From Flectonema sp. DT1601 (taxonomy: Eukaryota), in assembly GCA_964019425.1 (NCBI GenBank), contig OZ025806.1, positions 434,001 to 498,000 of the forward strand: a DNA stretch of 64,000 bases, read 5' to 3'. The position numbers and the translations under genes are program-made. Position 1 is the stretch's first letter, and each line of letters starts with the position of its first letter. Under the pieces are notes generated by a model, which saw only the letters and a program-made list of their open reading frames with translations, made no database searches and had not been told where the DNA came from. Below, piece by piece: positions 23,658-34,925 of the stretch.

Positions 23658-26003
23658 ATGATGACTATTTTAAATGAGGGTCTCAGAACCCAAGTACGGC
23701 GGCTACAAGATAAAGGTTACTTTAGTTCTGGTTACGAGAACCCAATAAAATCATCAACTGATGGCTTTGAAGAAAAGATCTCGCAGGTAGCAAGATTTAT
23801 TAAGCACGTTCTTACAAAGCATCCTGAAATCACAAGCGCTAAAAAATTAATGAGGAAAGTTGAGGAAAATATAAAAACGATTGACCAGGAGTATTGTGAT
23901 ACAGTGCTTGAACTTTTTAAGGAAACGGTGGACGCTCTTCTAAGAAAATCTTTCAGTTCGTTGTCTTCCGACAGCGATGACACACCAGCTCCAACCCGAC
24001 GTCGTAGGGACATGTTAAAGGCGTATTATGGAATAGCTGAAAAGACGACTAAACCGAAATCTGCAATCGATGAAAAAGATTTCGATGCTGAAAAATTTGC
24101 AGCAAAATTGTTAAAAGAAGGAAAGTTAAAGGATTTATTAGCAAAAGACATCGAGCTAACAAACGACATGAGAAAATTAGACAACGAGCTTCAGATGCTA
24201 GTCTACGGAAACTACACAAATTTCATCAACGCCACAAAACTAATAAGCAACATGAAGGATTCTGTTACGGGAATGAGAAGTAGAATATCAAACTTAAACA
24301 CTTCTTTAACTCAAGTGGGAACACTAAACAGTACAATTCAATCGGAACTCGGTGGCAATAAATCAAAAATTCAAAAACTACTAACTGTGAATGGAACTCT
24401 AAAGAAAATTGATTTTGTTGTAACTCTTCCAAACAGACTTCAAGAATATATATCTGTTAAGGCTTATGCTTCTGCAGTGACATATTGGGGTGTTGGGTAT
24501 CAAATCCTTCACAGGCACAATCATATTAAGTCATTCTCACACGTCAATACCCGTTGTGTTGAAATCATAAACAGCCTTCATGAAGAATTAGTTATGGCGT
24601 TAAAGGAATGTTTTATAAGCAGTGATAATAGACAAGCGTCATCTATAGTAAAGTATATTTCCGACATAGAAAAGACTGGTTGTGGGTCAGTGGATTCAGT
24701 GGCTGAGTCGGAAACTGTTTCTTGTTTAGTTAAAAAAATGGTATCGGACGAACTACAAACAAACGTCGAACAAGGTCTGCCTGTTTTATTATCGGAATCA
24801 AACATGGAAACTCCTGATACTAAAATTCTTCAAGCAGTTTCTGCGTTGCTTTTACATTCAAGTGAAAAGGTAACTTCTGGAGTATCGTTGTTGCACATCA
24901 CTCCCCATGATGGTACTGCGTACGCTCATAGAATTGTCCAGCCTCATGTCTTAATTTGTATTGAAAAAACTTGTGAATTCGTTGCTCAGATTGCATCCCA
25001 CAGAGTGGAACTTCTTATGAATGACTGCAGTGCAATAATTGAGGGTGATATTGATGTTCCATTGGCAGAAAAATCTGAAAAATTTGCATCTGGAATGGCT
25101 GTACAACTATCTGATTTGATTCAGGGAAGCGTCACACTTGTGAAAAGATTTTTTTCATCTCCTGAAAAAGCTATTTTGAATGTTAGAAATGAATTTTTTT
25201 CATCAATTAGAAAAATGTATTCAAATTTAGAATCTCTACTGTTGCGGAAGAAGACTCAATCTACGTCTTTAGCTCTGTTGAGCTTCATGACGCAATACAA
25301 CTTGCACACTGTCCCTGTCATATGTGAATCCGCCAGGATATTCCCTGACGGAGCAGATTTAGCAGATGATTTGATTAAAATTAGTTCGAAGCTTACCACC
25401 ACTGCAGCAACAAATTTCATTGTTTCAACGGGGGTGAAAGCCACAAATTTATTATGGAATTATCCACAAAGCCTTGAGACATACAGTGAAGGTGATAGTC
25501 TGGTTAATAAAAATATTATGTTGGCCATGAAGGAGGTTGAAAAGGCAAGGAGAGCAGTCATGCAGGGACTTCCTTCGGGAAAGAAATCCGTTTCGAAGGA
25601 TGAAAAATCTCAAGCTAGTAGTCAAAGCAGACCGACGTCGTACGCATCACTCGCGATTGCTGCACAATTAGAAGCAGTCTTACACCCATCATGCAGTTAT
25701 GGTGTTTCAGTTATTGTTGCTGATGTGTCAAATGTTGTTCGATGTCTTTGTCTTTATCTTCTTCGATCAGTCCTCGAGCTTATCAGAACAGCGACCGTGT
25801 CTTCTCCAGCTGCACTGCATTCACTTCAATCTGATGTGTTGTATCTTAGTATTGGTATGTCTGACATCTGTAATAGCAGTGATATTGTTTCTCTCATTGA
25901 TGAAATCCTACACAACGCAACTGATCGATGCAGAGGAGGTGACCTAAAAGAAAAGGATGAGGCAATAACAGAGGTGTTGGAGTTCATGAGGTTATCTAGA
26001 TAG
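23658..26003 (+). CDS. VPS51: GARP/EARP complex subunit Vps51 (Ang2)
   Basis: MLKAYYG and FDAEKFAAKLLKEGKLKDLL...LDNELQMLVYGNYTNFINAT match the Vps51 N-terminal domain. The C-terminal LELIRTATVS...LQSDVLYL...IDEILHNATDRC is also typical. Confidence 0.88.
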   Translation: MMTILNEGLRTQVRRLQDKGYFSSGYENPIKSSTDGFEEKISQVARFIKHVLTKHPEITSAKKLMRKVEENIKTIDQEYCDTVLELFKETVDALLRKSFSSLSSDSDDTPAPTRRRRDMLKAYYGIAEKTTKPKSAIDEKDFDAEKFAAKLLKEGKLKDLLAKDIELTNDMRKLDNELQMLVYGNYTNFINATKLISNMKDSVTGMRSRISNLNTSLTQVGTLNSTIQSELGGNKSKIQKLLTVNGTLKKIDFVVTLPNRLQEYISVKAYASAVTYWGVGYQILHRHNHIKSFSHVNTRCVEIINSLHEELVMALKECFISSDNRQASSIVKYISDIEKTGCGSVDSVAESETVSCLVKKMVSDELQTNVEQGLPVLLSESNMETPDTKILQAVSALLLHSSEKVTSGVSLLHITPHDGTAYAHRIVQPHVLICIEKTCEFVAQIASHRVELLMNDCSAIIEGDIDVPLAEKSEKFASGMAVQLSDLIQGSVTLVKRFFSSPEKAILNVRNEFFSSIRKMYSNLESLLLRKKTQSTSLALLSFMTQYNLHTVPVICESARIFPDGADLADDLIKISSKLTTTAATNFIVSTGVKATNLLWNYPQSLETYSEGDSLVNKNIMLAMKEVEKARRAVMQGLPSGKKSVSKDEKSQASSQSRPTSYASLAIAAQLEAVLHPSCSYGVSVIVADVSNVVRCLCLYLLRSVLELIRTATVSSPAALHSLQSDVLYLSIGMSDICNSSDIVSLIDEILHNATDRCRGGDLKEKDEAITEVLEFMRLSR

Positions 26004-26586
26004 AGTCGTTTGTCAACTTAAAGGAACACATTATGTTCTTATTTAGTTTCATAATTAACATTGGTTAGGATCCTTCTGATTTTTTATTCTCTTTTTTTTT
26101 TTTTCCCCCCCATATTTAGTTAAGGCAAAAAGGTTCAATCTTTTTTAAAATAAATAAAATAAATAACTGTTTTCGAAGTTGGTGACTCTGTTTGTGCTGG
26201 GTTCACTTTTTTCCTCCTGTCAGACATAAAATCAAATGACAAAATTGGTTGATAGAGGATATTTTTCTTAGAGAACGTTCTTCGAGATAGGGACATTTCA
26301 AATAAAGTAAACACTTATTAAGAATGTGTGGGCGAAACCCACATATTGTTGTCAACCTGAATTGTGAGATCCTTCTTAATTTCCTTGGATGTCTTTAGCT
26401 CCAAGAACATTAATGTGCAGATCTTTTCCATGGCAGGCCAAGCTGAACAAGTTTCAAGCTCGCCCCGCTTTCCAAACAATGACACCTCCCTGTGGGGAGG
26501 CATCCACAAAAACTTCAGCCATTTTAACTTTAATCTGGTAGGTTCGCGTAATCCTAGGTTGCGGCAATTTACTTATTACTGACCTG

Positions 26587-27010
26587 ACAGTGTCAAACAC
26601 AAGAGATGCCAACAAGGAAGAACGCTGGATGGCGAACCTTGAGAAGGAAACACTGAAATCGAGGTGGAGAAACAGCTGGAGCAGCAGAGAAGAGCTATGG
26701 AACAGCAGCACCACCAGAAGGAAACCAACCTTCAAGGACAAGAAAAACAGCAAGAAGAACTGCAAAGTCAGTACCACCAACAACAGCAGCAACTGCAAAG
26801 TCAGCTGAGGGAAACGGAAAGCAGAAGGAACAAAACCTACAGGTCAACGCAAAGAGCAACATCAGCACCAACAAAAGGAATTGGAGAAGCAACAACAACA
26901 GCAACAGGAGAGCCAGCAGCAGAAGAAGGACACCGAGTCTGAACAGCAAACACCAGACTTGGTCACAACTGCAGAAGGAAAAGGAATCCTTCCAGACGGA
27001 GAAGGATGAG
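26587..27010 (+). pseudogene. Frameshifted Gln/Glu-rich coiled-coil remnant
   Basis: EKQLEQQRRAMEQQHHQKE...QQQQLQSQLRETE continues after frame changes as QRKEQHQHQQKELEKQQQQQQESQQQKK. No intact frame. Confidence 0.55.
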
Positions 27011-27067
27011 GAGGTGGTGCCGGTGTCCTGTCGAATCGAAACGGCCCGGTACCCCTACGCAGAAGCA

Positions 27068-27142
27068 TATGCTTCTGCAGTGGCATATTGGGGTGTTGGG
27101 TATCAAACCCTTAGGCACAGTCATATTAAGTCATTATCACAC
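27068..27142 (+). pseudogene. Duplicated internal fragment of VPS51 (source 24465-24541)
   Basis: TATGCTTCTGCAGTGGCATATTGGGGTGTTGGGTATCAAACCCTT---AGGCACAGTCATATTAAGTCATTATCACAC aligns to the VPS51 CDS with four substitutions and one 3-nt gap. Confidence 0.92.
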
Positions 27143-27399
27143 ATGAGAACAGTCTTAGCTGTCTGGGCACTCCCACAGTAGTTGGAGCTGGAGCACCAAA
27201 AAACACACAAAAACCTGGGAAGCAGATCGATGGAGGTTCAGCAAGCGATGCGATGTACTTGTATGTGTGTTTTTTGTGTATCTTTTCTTCCAGTGCGAGT
27301 AGTTTTTTTGTTCTTACTTTTTAGGGAGGCTAACACGTTTGCGGGTTTGCGGGTTTAGGAACATCACAAGGAATTTTGTAGTTTTGGAGGGTGTGATAC

Positions 27400-30300
27400 C
27401 TTTTGAAACATGGTAAGCACAAAACGCTTGGTTGCATCGCCAAGGCACCCACCATGCTGTGTCATCCTAAGCTGGAAAGGGAAGTTACTCGAAAGTCTCA
27501 CACCAACCTTGATTCGTTGACTGCATCGGTGTTGGGAACCTTAGGAGGTCGCCTGTTGCAGCTCCATTGTTGGGGTTCCCCGGGAAGGCTTATATAAATA
27601 AAAAGGAACGGCAATTATGTGGCTACATAGCTTTAAGCAATAGCAGGATAAGCCTTTCAACTAATATACGATGGCTTGCATTGTCGAAAGCCCCGGGATA
27701 TCGAAGAAGATTAATACGCCACATTTTTCTTCTTCGGTTTCTGACACAGCATTGGCCAAGATCGCAATATTTTCAACCGCAGTCATGCCAGGAACGAAGC
27801 CTGATTGGGTATAAGCTCCCCTCCAATAGGTGTTCCAATCGGCGAAGGAATAAGAGCTTCAATGGGTTTTGCAACAATAGAAGTCATTGAAATAGGGCGG
27901 TGCGAAGGTTCTGAGGAGTCTTTGGGAAAAGGAATGGCGTTTGCCTTTTTGAAACACTCAGGGAGGACCTTGTTAAGGACCTTGTTAAGGACCTTGTTAT
28001 TCGAGATGGGGATCCGGACCTGCACTGTTAGTTCTCTTGAGGGAACTGAACACAGCCCTGGTTCTTCCTGCGAGGCTGCACCCCAGTCACCAGGGTTTTC
28101 CATTGGAGCTTCTGGCCTAGTATTCATCAGGGCCGCTTGGGAAGAAACAGCTTATAAGCGATGTCATTGGGGCTCGTGGTGTGGAAGTGCCGCCTTATCA
28201 CCCCTGAGTTCCTGTATTTTTCTGTAGGTCCACAAGAAACCCTTATTGGGGCTACTTGGCTGGGGGGAAGAGGGGCTAGGACACGTTCCCCTTCCCTTGT
28301 GCTGAGGCTTGCACCACTTGTTGGGTAGCTTGGCGATTGCTACTTTTTCTACTGTTGGGCAAAGTTGTTTGAGAGTTTCTTCAAGGATTTTGTCTTTAAT
28401 AGTCGTGTTGTGTGTGACCCAATGTATCGGAAAAGGCTGTCCAGTGTGCATCTTGGAACTTATTGGGGAGTGCTAACATTTGAGGTGGGTTGCTAATGGG
28501 AAAGTTGTGCAAAAGACGCGCATCTATGCTGGGGGGTGTAGGGCCAGATCAGGTTGTCGGTTTGAGGTGTCTGGGGTGGGAGGGGTCATCTGACGTTTCG
28601 CTGCTGCACGACGAGGTTTGCACCACTTATTTGGCAATGTTGCAATTCTAATAATCGTTTGTGTAAAGTTCAATGGGGGTCTTCAATGATTTAACCTTAG
28701 GGAGGCGGGCAGTGTGGATATCAGCTTCTCAGTAAAATTCTTCCGCTTTTGTATAACCATTTCCGGTGTGGAGGGATGCCTTTCTCATTCGCAAGGGCCG
28801 AGATGTCGAAGTCCGCTAGTATAGGGGTACTGCCTGACATAAGGGTCTCTGGGTCGTATTGGCAGATGCTAAGGCACTTGTGTTGGGGAGTGTGGGGTTA
28901 GATCTGGGGTCGTACCGTGTCTGGGGGTCGTGGGTCTGAGTTGAGTTATCTCCAGGCCGTTGTCAGTAATCCAATTATTTACTACGTTGCCAGCGTATCT
29001 TACAGTTACATTATTAAATGTAATGGGCCATGGCGGATGCCAAATTATAACTAAGAATTTCTATATCTGAGGAATCAGGAGCAGTTTCCTGCAAGCGAGA
29101 TATTTTCAGACCGTCTTTGAAGTAGGTGAGCAAACCACCACCACGACATTTGGAGCCAACAACCCTGTCCCTTCTTAGTGATGAGTGCCCATTCATGCGA
29201 AGAAGGTCACAGCTGTTCTTATTGAGCCAGGTTTCTTGAAGGTTAATAATATCAGGGTTACACCCACGGATACTATTGACCCCAAAGCTGCTCGAGTGTT
29301 GGGTAATGATCTAACGTTCCATGATGGTACTATCAAAGGGCCAGGGTTTTGTTCAATACCAGACAGAATTAAGCGGCGTCTGGCAGTAGTAGAGAGATGG
29401 TGCTCCTTACTTGGTTGATGGGTTTGTAGTTGCTACTTTGATTTTTGGTTTCGGCAGGGGATTTGCCTGGGGTCCCAGGTTTATCACCGTATGGGGAGGG
29501 ACCCCAGTAACTGGGCTGCCATGCCCGATTCTGTCCTGTGATATAAAAACGGGAACCAGGTGTCGGAGGTGGCATTGCAAGGGGACCGATCTCTTTACGA
29601 GTGATCAATTCTCGATCAGGACTCTGTACCAAAGACAGCTGGTTTGTTCTGCGCGAGGGAATGATGGCACCGAGGATGCTGTTTCATAATCGGTGGTGTT
29701 GAGTCTGATGACTGGGGTGGTGGATAATTCGAGACTAACTGTGTCTACTGGTGACATAACAGTTGGAACAGATGGATGCGGGTCAATGGCACACGGATGT
29801 TGATTGTCTGAACCCTCGGGGTTCGTAGTTTGGATTCCCAAACTTGGTGGCGGTCGATTGCTGATAAGCCTGTTTGCTTTGCAAACTGGCTTGGTTGTAG
29901 ATGGTAATGGCTGAGTCGATTAGGTCAGTTGTATTAAGATTTCCAAGCCGGAGTGACCTGGGTGGTATAGCTGGATCACTGCTATTGGTGGCGGATTGTT
30001 TCCTGAAGGATTTGGGACTTAGGGTGTTCCAGGCACTGCCGTCATAAAAGCCTTGTGTAAGACTGATTTGCCATCCACAAGCAGGGATACCTGGATTGGT
30101 TTACCTTTGTCAGGGTCTTCGGTGGTGATGGCCTGTTGTTGCGGCGTTGGAGAAGGGGCAACTGGTCTGTTGGGAGTAGAAAAATTGCCTCCGTGATTGC
30201 TGGATTATTGATGACTGCAGAGCATCTGTAACTGGAAGGTCCCAGTCCGGTTGACGGAGAGCCGCCTTACCCCACGACTTAGGTATCTGTCGTTGTGGCT

Positions 30301-30490
30301 TGGCTGCTACTGCTGCCCACGACTTGCTCGGTTGTGGTGTATGTGCCGGATTTCTTTGCGGCGGAGACGTCTTACTTTTCGGTGGAGGCGGTGGGGACTG
30401 CTTGCCTCTTGTCGACGAGTTAGCAACTAGGCTGATGAGGGTGTTTATTGGGGTCTTCATCTGGACCCTACTCTTCTTCTTCTTCATAGT
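27400..30490 (-). mobile_element. Degenerate non-LTR (LINE-type) retrotransposon: APE endonuclease + reverse transcriptase, many stops/frameshifts
   Basis: Motifs appear in correct order on the - strand. ORF1-like SWAAVAAKP (~30300). APE: SWNVRSL (~29305-29325), DIINLQET (~29230-29253), RRDR...GGGLLTY (~29125-29176), TPDLT (~28900). RT: FKKANAIPFPK...HRPISMTSIVAK (~27870-27953), NQASF, FFDI/AFDNASHRILVERL (~27650-27710). Boundaries approximate. Confidence 0.88.
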
Positions 30491-31166
30491 TATTCAAAAA
30501 GGTGTTGTGACTGATGGGGGACGCACCTTACTGCTCTTTCACCGTTTTGTTTGGATCGAGATCAATAAAGTACAGAAACTGTAGCTTTAGAATCGTTGGT
30601 GCCTGTGTCTTACATGTATCTAGTTCCCTTCCTGGGTAAGTAACTAAACCAAGCTTCTTCGTTCCAGGGGGTCGGGTCTGATCAAAACTGTTTTCGGCAG
30701 CGAGGCCGATAATTAGCCTTCCTATACTATGCACCTGGGAAAGAGAAGTATACTTAATTGAATGAACATGCATAGGCCTTGCGGACGCAAAGGTACTTGT
30801 CCACGGCTGAGATGATTAAACACAAATCTCTTTTCCGGTGGTGCCACTTGCTCCTGCTCGTTTGCACTCATTCATTTTTTATTGTTGCCTGCAGCCTCTT
30901 CACACAAAACTGCTTTCATCACTTGTTACATGGGTGTGATATTACTTTTATATTTGAATCCCAACCTCTTTCAGACTGTTCATGTTGTATCCTGTTAGTT
31001 CTAAAGTGTTTAATAACTCGTTTGGTTAAATTCACAATTAATACACAGATGGCTTCAGTCTCTGAAGCCATGTCAAGGCTCACAAAGTAAACCACATTAA
31101 TGAGGTTTCCGCACGTTAATGATGGATCGAAATCATTTTAGTTACCGACTTCAGTAGATGAATGTC

Positions 31167-31697
31167 TCAGGTGTACTTTCCAAGATAAGATGAAATATCT
31201 GCTAACTGCTTGCCTTCAACATCAAGTAGCTGCTGCCTGTTTGGGGGTGGAGGGGCATTCGGATCAACATCTATTGAGCTAAGAAGAAGAGATTCCGTCC
31301 AAAGAGCGAGTTTTCGCACGAGAACTGCCTCATGGAATGGCTGTCTGAATAGTAGCGTTGGGTCAAGTGGTTTGGCAGGTGCTTCAGAAGTGTTATTGTG
31401 AAGAACTTCTGTCAGCTTCATTCTCAAAATGTCGTTTTCTCTTGTCAGGTCTTCGAGTTTTGACACTAATCCCAATTCTCTTTTTTTACTCTCTTCTCTA
31501 TCTTCTAACTGATGGCAAAGGGCAACAGTTGCGTCAGTTCCGCTGATTGCAGTCACTGCAGCTTCTTCTATGGTCTGGATTCTGGTTATCATCACTAACC
31601 TTGCTGCACATTCGGTTTCTAATATCGCCACCCTCACATTCAACTCACTTCCCTCAATTCCCATTAAGGCAGCTTCGAGGTCGACATATTTTCTCAT
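31167..31697 (-). CDS. Hypothetical coiled-coil protein (ends uncertain)
   Basis: 176-aa frame from ATG 31697 with coding-like composition. No family recognised; may have a further exon. Confidence 0.55.
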   Translation of the reverse strand: MRKYVDLEAALMGIEGSELNVRVAILETECAARLVMITRIQTIEEAAVTAISGTDATVALCHQLEDREESKKRELGLVSKLEDLTRENDILRMKLTEVLHNNTSEAPAKPLDPTLLFRQPFHEAVLVRKLALWTESLLLSSIDVDPNAPPPPNRQQLLDVEGKQLADISSYLGKYT

Positions 31698-31920
31698 TTT
31701 TTGTTTTGTTTTTAAGGATGCCAACCTGACAAAACGACCTACCCTTTCATCATAAATTCATTATATTTTTTGAAGAACTTGTTTGCGACAAACTCATACT
31801 AAATATACCCCTGTTCAGTAAAAATACTTATTAAGTGTATTGTTTACATGTTTATAATAACAATTCAATCATCCGTGTAAGTGAGTTACTACAAAACAAA
31901 ACGTACAAAAGTTAACCTTT

Positions 31921-32784
31921 TCACTCATCAACTCTTAATTTACTACTATTAGAGATGAGAGTCTTGAGGAGGGGATTAGTAAATGGTTGAGTCACTGATG
32001 CAATTAAAAATGCCCGAATGGCCAGAGACCAACTGGCAACTACGAACGAAAAGAACTTCCCGCCACTTGTGTTTGGTGTGAACGAAGGGCTGTCGTTAAA
32101 TCCGGAAATCACATTTAGTAGATAACGAAAAACATCGATATAGGAACTTCCTTCACAAATAGCCATCGGACCAGAAATAACAATACAAACTGAAAGAACC
32201 ACCGATGGTATGGCGACAAATATGAGGAACAGTAATTTCATGAGTGCGTTGTTTTTACTGTCACCAGCTGTCTCCGATATAAAAGTCTCACCAGGATCAT
32301 TAAGAGAAAGAAGGTTTAGCAGAGGTTCTGAGACAGGAGCTGACAGAAGAGCCGACCCAACAGCAAACAGTCCAAGTCCCCATGACGACGCCATGAGGAC
32401 AAAGAAACGTCCGCCATCACTAGAAGGCACCAGTGACGTCAGTCCAGCTATGGATGTGGACATCACAGATCCCAAAAAGTAGAATCCATCTTCAAACTTT
32501 GCGCTCTCTACTGCAGCCAATATCGCACCCATTGGAACTGCCCACAACATTACAGCTGCTGGAAATCCAAACCAGAATATAAACATGACCTTGGCTACAG
32601 ATTTTATTTTCCTTTTCCTCTTCGCATCCATCTTCGGTAACGGGAGTCTCAATCCACCAGAAACAGAAGATAGATCGCTGCTACTCTGCTCCTCTCCAAT
32701 AGTAGCTCGCCTGCTATCACAGACAGATCTTCGTATTGGAGCATCAGGTAGTTCTCTCACATCCTGCCGACTGTCTTCAGGCAT
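31921..32784 (-). CDS. Two-pore-domain (K2P-like, tandem Ion_trans_2) membrane protein with degenerate selectivity filters
   Basis: Two TM-pore helix-TM units: VESAKFEDGFYF...STSIAGLTSLVPSSDGGRFF and CEGSSYIDVFRY...ISGFNDSPSFTPNTSGGKFF. They match the E..[FY].D..YF and P.[ST]..G[RK].F scaffolds but have no GYG/GFG. Confidence 0.7.
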   Translation of the reverse strand: MPEDSRQDVRELPDAPIRRSVCDSRRATIGEEQSSSDLSSVSGGLRLPLPKMDAKRKRKIKSVAKVMFIFWFGFPAAVMLWAVPMGAILAAVESAKFEDGFYFLGSVMSTSIAGLTSLVPSSDGGRFFVLMASSWGLGLFAVGSALLSAPVSEPLLNLLSLNDPGETFISETAGDSKNNALMKLLFLIFVAIPSVVLSVCIVISGPMAICEGSSYIDVFRYLLNVISGFNDSPSFTPNTSGGKFFSFVVASWSLAIRAFLIASVTQPFTNPLLKTLISNSSKLRVDE

Positions 32785-33692
32785 ATTATATCTGTGAAGC
32801 GTTAAGTGTAAAGGGTGCTAACTTATTAATCATTCACATGAGAGACCTTGCCCCGGGATCAATTACGCCCACCTGCTTAACAATCTTATTAGTTGCTGTG
32901 AAAGATGGGATAAAAGCAGTCTTACAAATTTCAAGCAGTCGGAACCTCAACGGAGTACTTTGAATAGAGAGAAAAGATAAAATAAACACCAATGAGGGTT
33001 TGTTAAATTATTTCTTAATCTGATTGTGTAGTTGCTTTGCATGAACATCAAACACCTAACCAGTATTAACGGAGTGTATGAGAAGAATAAAACAGCTCTT
33101 AATAAAAACAGGAAGACAGCAATATCTTTATTTGTAAGCTTAATCAATTCTTCACCAGAAAAAAAAAAAAAAAAAAAAAAAAAAAGTACCGAAGGCACGC
33201 TGAGAATGTGGCAAACTGAATTACCAAACTGAGGGGAAGAAAAAAAAACGGAAATAATTGCATCTGCCAGTGTGGAGAGAACAGGATGGCAGTTGTATAC
33301 ATTTTGTAACAAGCTTGACAACGAGTGTGCATCACTTGAGTGTACCCACCTGAGGTTCCACAGGCTGGCAGTTCCAGCGGGGCGGATCACATCCACTTGA
33401 GCCAACTAACATCGATAAATTGCTTTACGAGTTGAAGGTACTATATCTTCATTTTTTAAAAACAGGAATTAACAAAAGAAAAATAGAATATGAGCATTTG
33501 TCAAGCAAAGGTCTCCAGGGAAGTTAGCTAAGAATTATAAGAATCAAAAAAAAAAATGGATCCTCTCTCGGTAGATTACAACGATCTCTACAAAGAAATA
33601 AATAACACAAAAAAATTAACAACGAAGAATTGCCGTTTTTCCCCCACACAGGAAGTTAGAAAAGAAAATGTGGGTGCTAAATAAAAAGGGTT

Positions 33693-34925
33693 TCACGCAT
33701 CCCAGGTCTTTCCTTTTATTGCTGTTTCAAATTCTTCATGCCAGTTAATCATTTGCATGACAGCCATTGGTCCAGCAAAGGCGAATAGTGTTGTGTACTC
33801 GGGCATCTTTTCAGTTAGTTTTTCTATAATGATCCCACATATTTTAGCCATGAGTTCCTGACACTGAACTTTACCGTCATCAAGACATTGACAGCAGACG
33901 TCCATGATTGCACCCACAGTTGTGACGGTTAACAGCCTCATCTGGTCTGAAAACTTCTGATGGTCTTGGTATTTAGGACTCGCACCGTCAAGGAACAGAT
34001 CCATAGCTCTCTTCATTATGAGTTTTGCTGGAGGAATTAGTTGCTCAATCAAATCACTTCCTGGTTTCGTGTGTTTGCTAATTTGCTCGCGTACCTCAGG
34101 GTACTCAGTGAGCTTTTCCAATGCCATCGATACTGTTTTGGAGGAGTTTTTTTTTTTTTTTGTTTTTTTATCATAAAATCTAATATTTTACACCAGCTGA
34201 CATTACATACCGGCTTTTTCAATCCATTTGTTTCGCTTTTCTTCTTCGATGTTTTCTCCGAGAATCTTTTTTGCGTAACTACGGAACGGACTGACGTAAA
34301 CGTCAAATGGGGTCCAGTTCCCTTCAAGAACTTTTGTCATCTCATCGAGAGCCTTCTTCTTCGCGCTTTCAACGCCGTCGATTCCTATTTGAGGTTTTTG
34401 ATATAGTGAGTCAATATTGTAGATATAGTATAATAGTCGTGTGAAATACATACCGAGAGCTGCTTGAAGTTCCGCAGTGTCTGGGACTTCGGTTCCGTAT
34501 TTGTCTTTGAACTCCTGGGCCTGTTTTTTTTTTGTTTGTTTTTTTTCAATAAAATGAATAACTATAAATATCAAACACAAGTAGTGAAACATCACTCACA
34601 CCTGTTTGTTTTCCTCAACCATTTTTATGATGTAGCTGAAAATCTGATCTATTTGTTCTCTCTTGTCACCATCTCCCGCCTTTGCAGGCGATTTTGCTTG
34701 AGCTGCTGAGGATATTAAGTTGACATGTTGCTTACTAGCTGCTGGGAAGTCTGCCAAATTCTTAGCTTCTTTCATTACTCTGCCTCCGACTGTTAATTTT
34801 TGTTCTCCGACAGGGACTTTTGTCTCTGCTTCGATGGCTCTTTTGAGTTCAGGAATAGACCAGCCTTCTTCTGCATTGATGGTCAGAGTACTCTCTCCGT
34901 GTTTAACTTGAATAGGGTATCCCAT
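33693..34925 (-). CDS. Ubiquitin-like (UBL) domain protein, 334 aa; complement(join(33693..34132,34211..34384,34454..34520,34602..34925))
   Basis: N-terminal UBL (IQVKHG...SIPELKRAIEAETKVPVGEQKLTVGGRVMKE). Three GT-AG introns of 81, 69 and 78 nt join three track ORFs in frame (1005 nt total). Confidence 0.88.

Larger units (their letters stand above)
26004..31166. other. Convergent strand-switch region between two directional gene clusters
   Basis: All recognised genes to the left are on +, all to the right are on -. The interval contains only decayed elements. Confidence 0.8.

Noticed and set aside
30779..31140. ORF 30779-31090 (+) and a stop-interrupted - strand frame
   Set aside because: No recognisable motif; possibly decayed element sequence but unsupported.
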